Shown here one piece after another: positions 20,108 to 28,370 of a DNA stretch of 64,000 bases; position 1 is the first letter of the stretch; every line of letters begins with the position of its first letter. Source of the DNA: an uncultured cyanobacterium (lineage in GTDB: Bacteria; Cyanobacteriota; Cyanobacteriia; CAKZMO01). Both the position numbers and the translations under genes were made by a program. Below the pieces are notes generated by a model. That model saw only the letters and a list, made by a program, of their open reading frames with translations. It ran no database searches and was not told the DNA's origin. The stretch lies in contig CAVRCJ010000006.1 in assembly GCA_963719515.1 (NCBI GenBank), forward strand, positions 352,001 through 416,000, read 5' to 3'.

Positions 20108-20953
20108 ATGCTTAGAACAAAAATCTTTATTTCGTATCGGCGAAAAGATAGTCTTCGAGAAGCAAGCGATATACATAATGCTCTGGCATTGGAGTTTGGC
20201 AAAGATTCTGTTTTCAAGGACGAAGCAAAGATCGAGCCTGGAGAAAAGTTCAAAAAAGTAATAGACAACGCATTAGATGACTGCAAGGTCTTGCTTGCCA
20301 TTGTTGGAAAAAAGTGGTTAACGGAGACAGATTCAGATGGAATCACTCGACGACTCGACAGAGAAGATGACTTTGTACGCATGGAGATAGAAAAAGCTTT
20401 AGATCGCGGTATACCAATTGTCCCAGTTCTATTAGATGGTGTAGACGTTCCCCAGAAGATTCAGTTGCCGGCGATATTACAGCCTTTGTTCGACAGCCAG
20501 AGTATAAAGATTCGTCACGCTTCTACTTTCGAATCTGATATGGCTAGATTGGTGACAAGAGTTGCGAGATATATTGGCCATCACGTGACCACAGACAAAT
20601 GGGGAAAAGTATGTGTATTTGACGAGTCAGCAGGAACAAGAGTATGGATTTACCCCATAGACGACAATGATATAGAAAATGAGCCCCCCTGCAAATCAGT
20701 TCTTGAGTGGCCTCCCGAAATAGAGGGGCTTGTTGGCAGAAGTAGTGAAGTTGAAAGAGCGGTAGATTTAGTAAAAGACAAGCAGTCAATAGAACTTTAT
20801 GGAGATTCAGGAATAGGAAAGACTGCTATTTTGAGTTACCTGAGTAGCGTCTTAGGAGGTAAAAACTCATATTATAGAGACAAGTTTGGTGAAGACTTCC
20901 ATTTTGATATTCGCTTTAGAAATGGAATTTTATGCAAAATTGGGACGCTCTAG
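20108..20953 (+). CDS. TIR domain plus start of a P-loop NTPase (N-terminal part of a split gene)
   Basis: KIFISYRRKDS, VFKD, DFVRMEIEKAL, IPIVPVLLDG; LVGRSSEV...YGDSGIGKT Walker A; ends before any Walker B. Confidence 0.85.
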   Translation: MLRTKIFISYRRKDSLREASDIHNALALEFGKDSVFKDEAKIEPGEKFKKVIDNALDDCKVLLAIVGKKWLTETDSDGITRRLDREDDFVRMEIEKALDRGIPIVPVLLDGVDVPQKIQLPAILQPLFDSQSIKIRHASTFESDMARLVTRVARYIGHHVTTDKWGKVCVFDESAGTRVWIYPIDDNDIENEPPCKSVLEWPPEIEGLVGRSSEVERAVDLVKDKQSIELYGDSGIGKTAILSYLSSVLGGKNSYYRDKFGEDFHFDIRFRNGILCKIGTL

Positions 20954-22211
20954 ATCACCCACTAGCCGCTTAGATCACCTGTCCACTTTTTTGAGATTGG
21001 CTTTGTTTAGTGGCATTATAGTAAAATCCACTCATTTGCAGCATTTAGCACTGACAAATTTACCCACTACAAAAGAGGCAGATCTACAGGTAATAGAAGC
21101 TATTTTGAGCAGTTTAATACAAAGCAATATCATAAGATCTAGTAAAGCTAATAGAAATGATGAAGGCAGTATTTATTACAGAATGGGACCAGATCTAGCA
21201 GTTTTTTTGCGGCAATCATGGAACTTAGATGATTGCCTTCGAAAATCGCTTCACTATTTTGAAGACTATCTAGAAGAGCAATCACACATAACAGGTTACG
21301 ATAAACTAGAAGAATGCGACCTTGTTGCATTCTTGCTAGAGCTAGCTAAAGACAACAAGGAACTTCGAGGAGTATCTTTAAGATTAATCAAGAAATTATC
21401 AAGAGCAATGCCTATTATAGGGTGGTGGGACTCATGGCACGAGCTTCTGAACATTATGCTTGAGTCTGCGAGGAGCCTCGGAGATGAATCTGCAGAAGCA
21501 TTTGCTATGCATGAACTAGGAACGCATGCATTGTGCTTAGATGATAACGAAGCTGCAGAAGCTTACTTAAATGATGCTCGTGATATACGAACAAGGCTTG
21601 GGGACGAAGCAGTCCTGAACTTCACGAACCATAACTTGCAGCAGCTTCGGCAAATATCGACTTTAGCTCCTTCTCCTAAACCAGACCCTTCTCCTAAACC
21701 AGATCCCATTCTCAGCCCGGCACGCCCTAAACGGGGTACGCCAGCACAGCTTTTGGTTGGTGGTGCTATCACTACTATTGGAGCAATTTTACTTATCTCA
21801 ACAGTCAATTCGTCTCAGAATAATTCATCCACACAGGGTGAACTTGGAACTATAGAAGCATCGCTTGTATCTGTAGCAGATGGCTATTTTGGAAATACAA
21901 GAGTATGTGCGCAGTCTGTCAACGATTACAATTCACTAGATTGTGTAGATGTTGAAGCTGGTACAGTGCCAAGAACTATTGAACTAAATATTCAGCCAGG
22001 TGAGTATTTTGTATTTGCTACTGATGAAGAGCTTACCGTCGGCGGCCTACTTTATACTCAATATCATGTAAATCAGAGCGATTTTGACGCTGAACCGCTC
22101 TCTGTTAGTGTCGCTGCCAATGAAAGAGTCACAGATATTTTCCTTTCTAATGAGGGGCCTTGTTTCAGAGATCCTAAACCTGAATACTGTGTTGACCCGT
22201 TTAAGCAATAG
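20886..22211 (+). CDS. C-terminal part of the split TIR-NTPase gene: helical/TPR-like region, Pro-rich linker, TM helix, Cys-containing outer domain
   Basis: EAFAMHELGTHALCLDD...ARDIRTRLGD...NHNL TPR-like unit; PSPKPD x2; TM LLVGGAITTIGAILLISTV. True start uncertain. Confidence 0.65.
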   Translation: MVKTSILIFALEMEFYAKLGRSRSPTSRLDHLSTFLRLALFSGIIVKSTHLQHLALTNLPTTKEADLQVIEAILSSLIQSNIIRSSKANRNDEGSIYYRMGPDLAVFLRQSWNLDDCLRKSLHYFEDYLEEQSHITGYDKLEECDLVAFLLELAKDNKELRGVSLRLIKKLSRAMPIIGWWDSWHELLNIMLESARSLGDESAEAFAMHELGTHALCLDDNEAAEAYLNDARDIRTRLGDEAVLNFTNHNLQQLRQISTLAPSPKPDPSPKPDPILSPARPKRGTPAQLLVGGAITTIGAILLISTVNSSQNNSSTQGELGTIEASLVSVADGYFGNTRVCAQSVNDYNSLDCVDVEAGTVPRTIELNIQPGEYFVFATDEELTVGGLLYTQYHVNQSDFDAEPLSVSVAANERVTDIFLSNEGPCFRDPKPEYCVDPFKQ

Positions 22212-22426
22212 ATAATGTGACCGTATAAGCCTTTGGAGAAAGGCTGCGATCAGACTTCCTGAGTGTAGAAGTGTAATCATTCTGAAAGAGCTGCACAATG
22301 TTAATGATTTTGCAAAGCCCCTGACTAATCTTTAATGCATAGTTACTAAGGGGCCACAACCACTCACAGGAGCATAACCCAGCCCCCCTTCCTCCAAGAC
22401 TGCACTTTGACATAATCTAAAGAGAC

Positions 22427-22712
22427 ATGGAAACGATCTCCGTTATTGTGCTGGTCAAAAACCGAAAGCGTCACTTACGCCATCTCCTGATAGGCGTACA
22501 GCAGCTCAACCCTCCCCCCAAAGGCAGCGCAATTGAAACAGTAGTCGTTCACATGAACGAGTCGCCCCAGCCGCCCCCAGACTTTTTCACAGGAAACTAC
22601 GTCACAGCTGAAATCCACAGCTCAGCGACCAAGCTGCCCCTAGCGCAGGCAAGAAACCAGGGCGCGAAAACCGCCAGCGGCGATCGCCTCATCTTTTTAG
22701 ACGTCGACTGCA
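22427..22712 (+). pseudogene. Glycosyltransferase family 2 fragment cut by IS3
   Basis: ISVIVLVKNR...LAQARNQGAKTASGDRLIFLDVDC; GT2 similarity stops at the IS3 left inverted repeat. Confidence 0.8.
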
Positions 22713-23230
22713 TGACCTTACCCCGAGAAAGTGGACATTCCAGAAGAGAGGATAAACAAGGAGAATGTTCACATGAGTCAGAAACCACGTCGAAAATTTA
22801 CAGCGGAGCAGAAAGCGGAAGCGGTCCGCATTGTTGAGCAGTCAGGTAAACCTATCAGCCGAGTGGCAAAGGAGATGGGGTTAACCGAAAGCGCATTGCG
22901 CAACTGGGTGAAGCAATCGAAGGTTGACCGCCAGCAGTCTCCTGGGGGGTCGCTAATTTCTAGTGAGCGGGAGGAGCTCAATACCTTGCGCCGAGAGCTC
23001 AAGCGGGTTCGGATGGAACGAGATTTTCTAAAAAAGGCGGCGACCTTCTTTGCCAAGGAAAGCTCAAACCCTATGAGCTGATTGGCGCGGAGAAGGAGAA
23101 TTTCCCAATTGACATGATGTGCCAAGTGCTAGGCGTTTCGAGGAGTGGCTACTATGCCTGGTGTCAGCACAGGGCGTCCGCCAGAGAAAAGGAGAATGAG
23201 ATTTTGTCTGAGCAGATTCAACAGATTTAT
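22713..23230 (+). mobile_element. Truncated IS3-family element (IRL, orfA, A6G frameshift site, start of orfB)
   Basis: IRL TGACCTTACCCCGAGAAAGTGGACA; AAAAAAG at 23030-23036; orfB start MCQVLGVSRSGYYAW...EQIQQIY cut by the tnpB element. Confidence 0.88.
22773..23081 (+). CDS. IS3 OrfA transposase subunit
   Basis: RRKFTAEQKAEAVRIV, HTH VAKEMGLTESALRNWVKQ, ERDFLKKAATFFAKE. Confidence 0.9.
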   Translation: MSQKPRRKFTAEQKAEAVRIVEQSGKPISRVAKEMGLTESALRNWVKQSKVDRQQSPGGSLISSEREELNTLRRELKRVRMERDFLKKAATFFAKESSNPMS

Positions 23231-24588
23231 AGAAGTCGCCGTAAAACCCCTCCGCTTTAGGTGTGGGATATAAGGCGGTGAGCGTGGCGAATATATTCAC
23301 ACTTTACACGGCGATTGTTAGACTGTAAGTATGGTTCAAAAGGCTTACCGCTATCGCTTCTATCCTACTGCTGAACAAGAACAACTCTTGCGCCGGACAA
23401 TGGGGTGTACTCGCCTGGTTTACAACCGCGCTTTGGCGGCAAGGACTGAGGCTTGGTACCAGAAGCAAGAGCGCGTCGGTTACGCTCAAACCTCGTCGAT
23501 GCTGACGCAGTGGAAAAAAGAGGAGGGCCTCGAATTTCTTACTGAGGTTAGCTCGGTTCCCCTTCAGCAGGGGCTGAGGCATCTGCAGACCGCCTTCACT
23601 AACTTCTTCGCCGGTCGGGCTAAGTATCCCAACTTCAAAAAGAAGCGCAGCGGCGGTAGCGCAGAGTTTACCAAGGCGGCGTTCAAGTTTAGAGAGGGTC
23701 AGGTGTACTTGGCCAAGTGCTCTAAACCTCTGCCCATTCGATGGTCTAGGGCGCTTCCGAAAGATGCCGCACCATCGACCATCACGGTCAAGCTGACGCC
23801 TGCAGGCCGGTGGTTTGTGTCGCTGTTGGTGGAGGTAGACATTGAGCCACTGCCGGTATCGCCTAACAAAGTTGGCCTGGACTTGGGCATCACCAGTCTG
23901 CTCACGCTGAGCACCGGCGAGAAGATTGCCAACCCCAAGGGCTTCAGGGCCAAGTACCGTAAGCTACGAAAAGCTCTAAAGGCCCTTAGCCGCAAGCAAA
24001 AGGGCTCGAACAACCGATACAAAGCGCGGCTCAGGGTGGCCAGGGTCCACGCCGAGATAGCCGATGCCCGCAAAGACCTGCTTCCCTTCGGGACGCTTCG
24101 CGAACACAAGCTGACAACCCGGCTGGTGCGCGAAAACCAAGCGATCGCCGTCGAAGACTTAGCAGTGGGGAACATGGTCCGAAATCACAAATTGGCGCGC
24201 GCCATCAGTGATGCAAGCTGGGGGGAACTGGTGCGGCAGCTTACCTACAAGTGCGAATGGTACGGGCGGGAGCTGGTTAAGATAGACCGATGGTTCCCTA
24301 GCTCTAAGCGCTGTGGCAGCTGCGGCCATGTCGTAGATAAGCTGCCGTTGAACGTTCGAGAGTGGCAGTGCCCTGAGTGCGACGTGAAGCACGATAGGGA
24401 CGTAAACGCTGCTGTAAACGTATTGGCCGCTGGTCTAGCGGTGTCAGTCTGTGGAGCGACCGTAAGACCTGTTGGCGAAGCCTGCGCTTCGCGCATAGAG
24501 AGCAAATCTCGGAAGGCAGGTGCTACGAAGCAGAAAAGTCTTGGAGCAATCCAAGAATCCCACGTGCTTTAGCCGTGGGAGTAGTCAA
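23231..24588 (+). mobile_element. tnpB-only IS200/IS605-family element (IS1341-like)
   Basis: Starts after TTTAT with AAAA + CCCC...GGG hairpin; ends GAAT-CCCACG..CGTGGG-AGTAGTCAA at 24588. Confidence 0.85.
23331..24572 (+). CDS. tnpB: RNA-guided endonuclease TnpB with two small in-frame insertions
   Basis: KAYRYRFYPT, GLDLGI, IAVEDL, CGSCG...CPEC, DRDVNAA; inserts PFGTLRE and VGEACASRI. Confidence 0.92.
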   Translation: MVQKAYRYRFYPTAEQEQLLRRTMGCTRLVYNRALAARTEAWYQKQERVGYAQTSSMLTQWKKEEGLEFLTEVSSVPLQQGLRHLQTAFTNFFAGRAKYPNFKKKRSGGSAEFTKAAFKFREGQVYLAKCSKPLPIRWSRALPKDAAPSTITVKLTPAGRWFVSLLVEVDIEPLPVSPNKVGLDLGITSLLTLSTGEKIANPKGFRAKYRKLRKALKALSRKQKGSNNRYKARLRVARVHAEIADARKDLLPFGTLREHKLTTRLVRENQAIAVEDLAVGNMVRNHKLARAISDASWGELVRQLTYKCEWYGRELVKIDRWFPSSKRCGSCGHVVDKLPLNVREWQCPECDVKHDRDVNAAVNVLAAGLAVSVCGATVRPVGEACASRIESKSRKAGATKQKSLGAIQESHVL

Positions 24589-24699
24589 ATCTAAGTAAAT
24601 TTACTTTACAGGTTCTTATCGCTACAGCAGGCGAAAAGGCTCTATCTTGTAGTCATAGGTGCTCACCCTAAGTCGTCAAAATATCGAGTTTTTTCACCC

Positions 24700-25179
24700 G
24701 TGAGTTGCGCTAAGAGCCCCGAAACCGATCCCCCAGACTTCACCGGACAGAACCTAACCGGGCATGACTTCTCCAACCAAGATCTTCGAGAGGCAGTTTT
24801 CACGGGGGCTATTCTTGTAGGGGCTAATTTCTCCCGCGCCTGTCTCGACGGCGCTACTTTAGACAGGGCTGACCTCACCCAAGCAAATTTCAGGTACGCC
24901 CATATGGAAGGGGCGAGCTTGAAGCGGACCTATCTCGACAGAACAATATTCAGATGCGCCTTTTTGTCCTACTCCGATTTTGGCAACGCGGCGCTGATTG
25001 ACGTCGATTTCACCCGCGCCGACCTCAGCGGTGCGGTAATTAGCGATACGCGGCTGAAAGCCTGTCACATCACTAATGCCGTGCTGCCAGACTGGAGCAT
25101 CGTCTACGAAACTCAGCTCACCCTCGAAGGGGGGTACCTGATGAATTTTGAGAATAATGCCCTGGCCACCTTTGACTAG
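24700..25179 (+). CDS. Pentapeptide repeat protein
   Basis: Runs of A(D/N)LxX-type pentapeptides (DFTGQ NLTGH DFSNQ DLREA...). Confidence 0.85.
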   Translation: MSCAKSPETDPPDFTGQNLTGHDFSNQDLREAVFTGAILVGANFSRACLDGATLDRADLTQANFRYAHMEGASLKRTYLDRTIFRCAFLSYSDFGNAALIDVDFTRADLSGAVISDTRLKACHITNAVLPDWSIVYETQLTLEGGYLMNFENNALATFD

Positions 25180-25209
25180 GCAACAGCGATCGCAGCGGCA
25201 TTTCCAAGA

Positions 25210-25244
25210 AAGATCTTGGAGCCCTCAAAGAACTCCAAGATCTT
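25210..25244. terminator. Hairpin between convergent genes
   Basis: AAGATCTTGGAG-N11-CTCCAAGATCTT, 12-bp perfect stem. Confidence 0.6.
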
Positions 25245-25277
25245 CCGCGTGCAGCGGTGTGTGGCCCCTCAGCTTAT

Positions 25278-27209
25278 CTAGTTGATGCCGTCCGGCACAG
25301 CAACGCCCGGTAGGGCCTCTAGCTCCGCTCCGCTCAGCGGACTGCCGCCAAACTGGTCATATTGCCGCGCCAGCGCTCCCGTAAACGCCGCGTTGTAGTC
25401 GAGCGCGACCTCGTTGCGAATGTAGTCGCTGCGGTCGTCTCGGTAGTCCCCATCGCTGGGAGACGCTGGCCCGCCAACCAATGCCCCATAGAGTATATTG
25501 GCGTTTGGCGCACCGCTGTTGAAGCTATCCCAGCCGCCGCCGTGGGAGCCTCTGTGGTGAGGCTGCTGCGGAGAGCTCTCTCCAAAGCCCACCATGTAGC
25601 TAAAGCTGCTGGGGTTCTCTCCCAATAGATAATCGATTTGGCGATCGCTGAAGTCGCTGTAGCGCTGGTTAGGGTCATTGACTGTATCACCATACACCCC
25701 GGCCAAGAACGCCGTGTTGGCGCTCAGACGCAGCGACCCCCATTGGTCTAGCCAAGCTAAGCCGCCGTCCGTTTGAGCAACCCCCGCGCCGCTGTCGTCG
25801 CTCCACCAGTCCAGCCAACCCTCAACGTCCTGGCGATAGCGGGGGTTATCGCTTTCCTGCGCCAGCAGCACCGCCGTACCGTAAGCCTTGTCGTCCCAGG
25901 TGTGGGTGTAGCGAGCCAGCCCTTGGTAGGCGGCTTCGGCCTTGTCCAGATAGGCTTGGTCTCCTGTCGCTTTGTAGAGCCACGTTGCGCCCCAGGCCAG
26001 CTCGTCTTGATATCCACTCCAAGAGTTGTAAAAGTCTTTGGCGTTGTCGATGGCGTCAGAATACTTGCCGCGATGCTCATCGGCAAAGGCATAGAGCTGT
26101 TTGGCGTTCTCCAGCAGGCGGTCGGCGTAGGCCGAGTCGCTTTGGCGGAACAGCAGAGAGGCCGATGCCAGTGCGGCTGCCGACTCACCCGCCAGATCTG
26201 ACCCCGGGTTGGCCGCATCAATCTTGAAGGCAGGGCGGTCCATAGTCATCTCTTCCGCTGCCCCCCAGTAAGCATGGTCGGCGTTGCCGTCTCCCACCTG
26301 GCCCCAAAAAGCTTGGGTCTTACCCCCCTCGGTAATGTGGGCTTTCAAGATGTAGTCTGTCCCCCAGCGCACGGCCTCCATCAGCTCGCCCAACTGCCCG
26401 CTAGATTGGTAGGCCTCTTCATACTCCAATGCGCCCCAGCTCAGCAGCGTCATCGAGGCCGCCATAGGAAACCCAAATTTCACGTGGTCCCCCGCGTCGT
26501 AGTAGCCGCCGGTGAGATCAACGCCAACATCAGCGCCATCATCCAGCGCTGAATCGCCGCGCCACTCAATGCGGCTGTCGTCAGGAAGGGGGCCAGAGCG
26601 CTGCGCCTCGTAGAATAGCAGGGACTTCTGCAGCGCCTCGCCGTAGTTAAAGTCTCCGGTAGCTGTGTCAGCGCTGCTGCCGGAATCGCTGACAGAACCA
26701 TCATCAGCACTACCCACGTCGTCGCTAGCGCTCTCACGCCCGGCGTCCGGGCCATCACTTGAGTCGCTGCCCACATCACCCGAGGCGGGCGCAGCGCCAT
26801 CGCCCGTTTCCTGCTCCGCTGCGGGCACCTCCTCCGACGGCGTTGAGGCCGGACCGGAATCGGCGGCTCCACTATCGCTGTTGCCACCAGATGGGGTAGG
26901 CGTGGCCTCACTATTGACGGCGATCGCCGCTAGCTCTCCCGGCGACCCTGCTCCATTAAAGCCAATGGAGACCTCACCACCAGCGGCAATCGTGCCATTC
27001 CAGCTAGCGTTCTCGATGGTGTAGCGGTAGCCTCCCGGTACCGGCTTGCGAGCGACGATTTGAGCGTTCCAAATATGAGCAATCTCAAACGGGGCTTCAA
27101 ATTCAATCGTCCAGTTGTCTAGGGCAGACGGCGAAGCAAGCACGAGCTGCCCCGTGAATCCGCTGCCCCAGTCATTCTCAACGGAAAAGGTAACGTCTGC
27201 GGCTGCCAT
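25278..27209 (-). CDS. GH9 endoglucanase with N-terminal CBM2 and acidic Ser/Gly/Asp linker
   Basis: CBM2 VENDWGSGFTG...WN...IGFNG; GH9 YGEALQKSLLFYEAQRSG, DLTGGYYDAGDHVKFG, HHRGS, DDRSDYIRNEVALDYNA. Confidence 0.93.
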   Translation of the reverse strand: MAAADVTFSVENDWGSGFTGQLVLASPSALDNWTIEFEAPFEIAHIWNAQIVARKPVPGGYRYTIENASWNGTIAAGGEVSIGFNGAGSPGELAAIAVNSEATPTPSGGNSDSGAADSGPASTPSEEVPAAEQETGDGAAPASGDVGSDSSDGPDAGRESASDDVGSADDGSVSDSGSSADTATGDFNYGEALQKSLLFYEAQRSGPLPDDSRIEWRGDSALDDGADVGVDLTGGYYDAGDHVKFGFPMAASMTLLSWGALEYEEAYQSSGQLGELMEAVRWGTDYILKAHITEGGKTQAFWGQVGDGNADHAYWGAAEEMTMDRPAFKIDAANPGSDLAGESAAALASASLLFRQSDSAYADRLLENAKQLYAFADEHRGKYSDAIDNAKDFYNSWSGYQDELAWGATWLYKATGDQAYLDKAEAAYQGLARYTHTWDDKAYGTAVLLAQESDNPRYRQDVEGWLDWWSDDSGAGVAQTDGGLAWLDQWGSLRLSANTAFLAGVYGDTVNDPNQRYSDFSDRQIDYLLGENPSSFSYMVGFGESSPQQPHHRGSHGGGWDSFNSGAPNANILYGALVGGPASPSDGDYRDDRSDYIRNEVALDYNAAFTGALARQYDQFGGSPLSGAELEALPGVAVPDGIN

Positions 27210-27241
27210 AAGATAAGTCCTCTAAAAATATTTTCCAAAGC

Positions 27242-27278
27242 AAAAAGGCTCCCACCCAATCTCTTGAGTAGAAGCCTT
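27242..27278 (-). terminator. Terminator-like hairpin 33 nt upstream of the GH9 start
   Basis: Minus strand AAGGCTTCTACTCAA-GAGA-TTGGGTGGGAGCCTT-TTT, 15-bp stem with three G.U pairs. Confidence 0.65.
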
Positions 27279-27399
27279 CCGCTGATATGTAGTAAGACTC
27301 GTCTCTCGAATAACAGTTCCAGCGAGGCGAAGCGAAATCCGGACTATTCTGCGAAGGAGGCTGCCCTAAAGTGAAATCCAGCGCAGAATTGCAGCGGGG

Positions 27400-28305
27400 C
27401 TACAGGCGCAACCGCGCCATCTGACAGTCCCGCTCAATCTGCGCCTTCAGCGCCTCCAGAGACTCGAAGGGCTGCTCAGCCCGCAAAAAAGCCTGCAGCT
27501 CGACTTTAAGCTGCTGTCCATACAGATCTTGTGACCAGTCCAACAGATGGGCTTCTATGGTGCGGTGGGTGCCCTGTACCGTAGGCCGATAGCCAATATT
27601 GACCACTCCAGCGATCGCGGCGGTCTGCCCTTCGGCCCATACATAGGCCGCGTAGACGCCTGTGCAAGGGACGAACTTGCATGGGGGAAGATCGAGATTG
27701 GCGGTGGGAAAGCTCAAGGTTCGGCCTAGGTGCTGCCCATGGACAACGGTGCCAAAGAGCGTATAGGGGCGTCCTAGCTGCCGGTTGGCTTTCTCTAGGC
27801 CACCGCTGCTGAGGACGTCGCGAATCGCCGATGAGCTGATGCGATCGCCTCCAGAGACCTCAAGGGGGGTGATGTAAACCTCAACCCCGTGGGCAGCGGC
27901 GATCGCTTTAAGATCTCCCGCAGTGCCAGCGCGCCGACAGCCAAACCGAAAGTTCTCCCCCACGCTCAGATATTTAACCTCTAGCTGCTCAATCAAAATA
28001 GAGGTGATGAAATTCTCTGGGGATAGACTGGCCATGGCCCGGTCAAAAGGCAGCAGCACTAGCTGCTCTACCCCAAGGGTAAACAAATACTCGGCCTTTT
28101 CCTCAGCGGGGGTAAGCAGGGTCCGCTGCTCACCGCTGAAAAAAGCCCGGGGGTGGGGATCGAACGAAACAACGGTCTTGTGCCCTGACGAAGCCCGCAG
28201 CATAGGATGGATCACCTCAAGATGACCCCGATGGACGCCATCAAAGTTTCCGAGTGCGATTGCTGTAGGACGTTGAAGGGCTAGTTGAGAAGAAATAACC
28301 TGCAC
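27400..28305 (-). CDS. ribF: Bifunctional riboflavin kinase/FAD synthetase
   Basis: ALGNFDGVHRGH, FDPHP, ISSSAIR, GRTLSFPTAN, NIGYRPTV; probable GTG start at 28305. Confidence 0.95.
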   Translation of the reverse strand: MQVISSQLALQRPTAIALGNFDGVHRGHLEVIHPMLRASSGHKTVVSFDPHPRAFFSGEQRTLLTPAEEKAEYLFTLGVEQLVLLPFDRAMASLSPENFITSILIEQLEVKYLSVGENFRFGCRRAGTAGDLKAIAAAHGVEVYITPLEVSGGDRISSSAIRDVLSSGGLEKANRQLGRPYTLFGTVVHGQHLGRTLSFPTANLDLPPCKFVPCTGVYAAYVWAEGQTAAIAGVVNIGYRPTVQGTHRTIEAHLLDWSQDLYGQQLKVELQAFLRAEQPFESLEALKAQIERDCQMARLRL

Positions 28306-28370
28306 GTGTTGGTATCGAGAGAATGGGCGAGCGGCCCCGTGAGTCATTTGCCTCAGCGACCCGCAAACCG

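Noticed and set aside
23030..23036. A6G slippery site as a novel recoding signal
   Set aside because: This is the standard IS3-family -1 frameshift signal.
12728..24572. TnpBs as nuclease-dead TldR-like regulators or Cas12 effectors
   Set aside because: Both keep the RuvC D-E-D triad and transposon ends, and no CRISPR array or cas genes are nearby.
27270..27320. Glutamine (glnA) riboswitch-like words AGACG and GGAAGG
   Set aside because: The core GGAAGTA and the closing CGTTC/GAACG stem are missing.
27338..27343. TCCGGA (DIF1 motif) upstream of GH9
   Set aside because: No GTA-like element at the expected spacing; a 6-mer can occur by chance.
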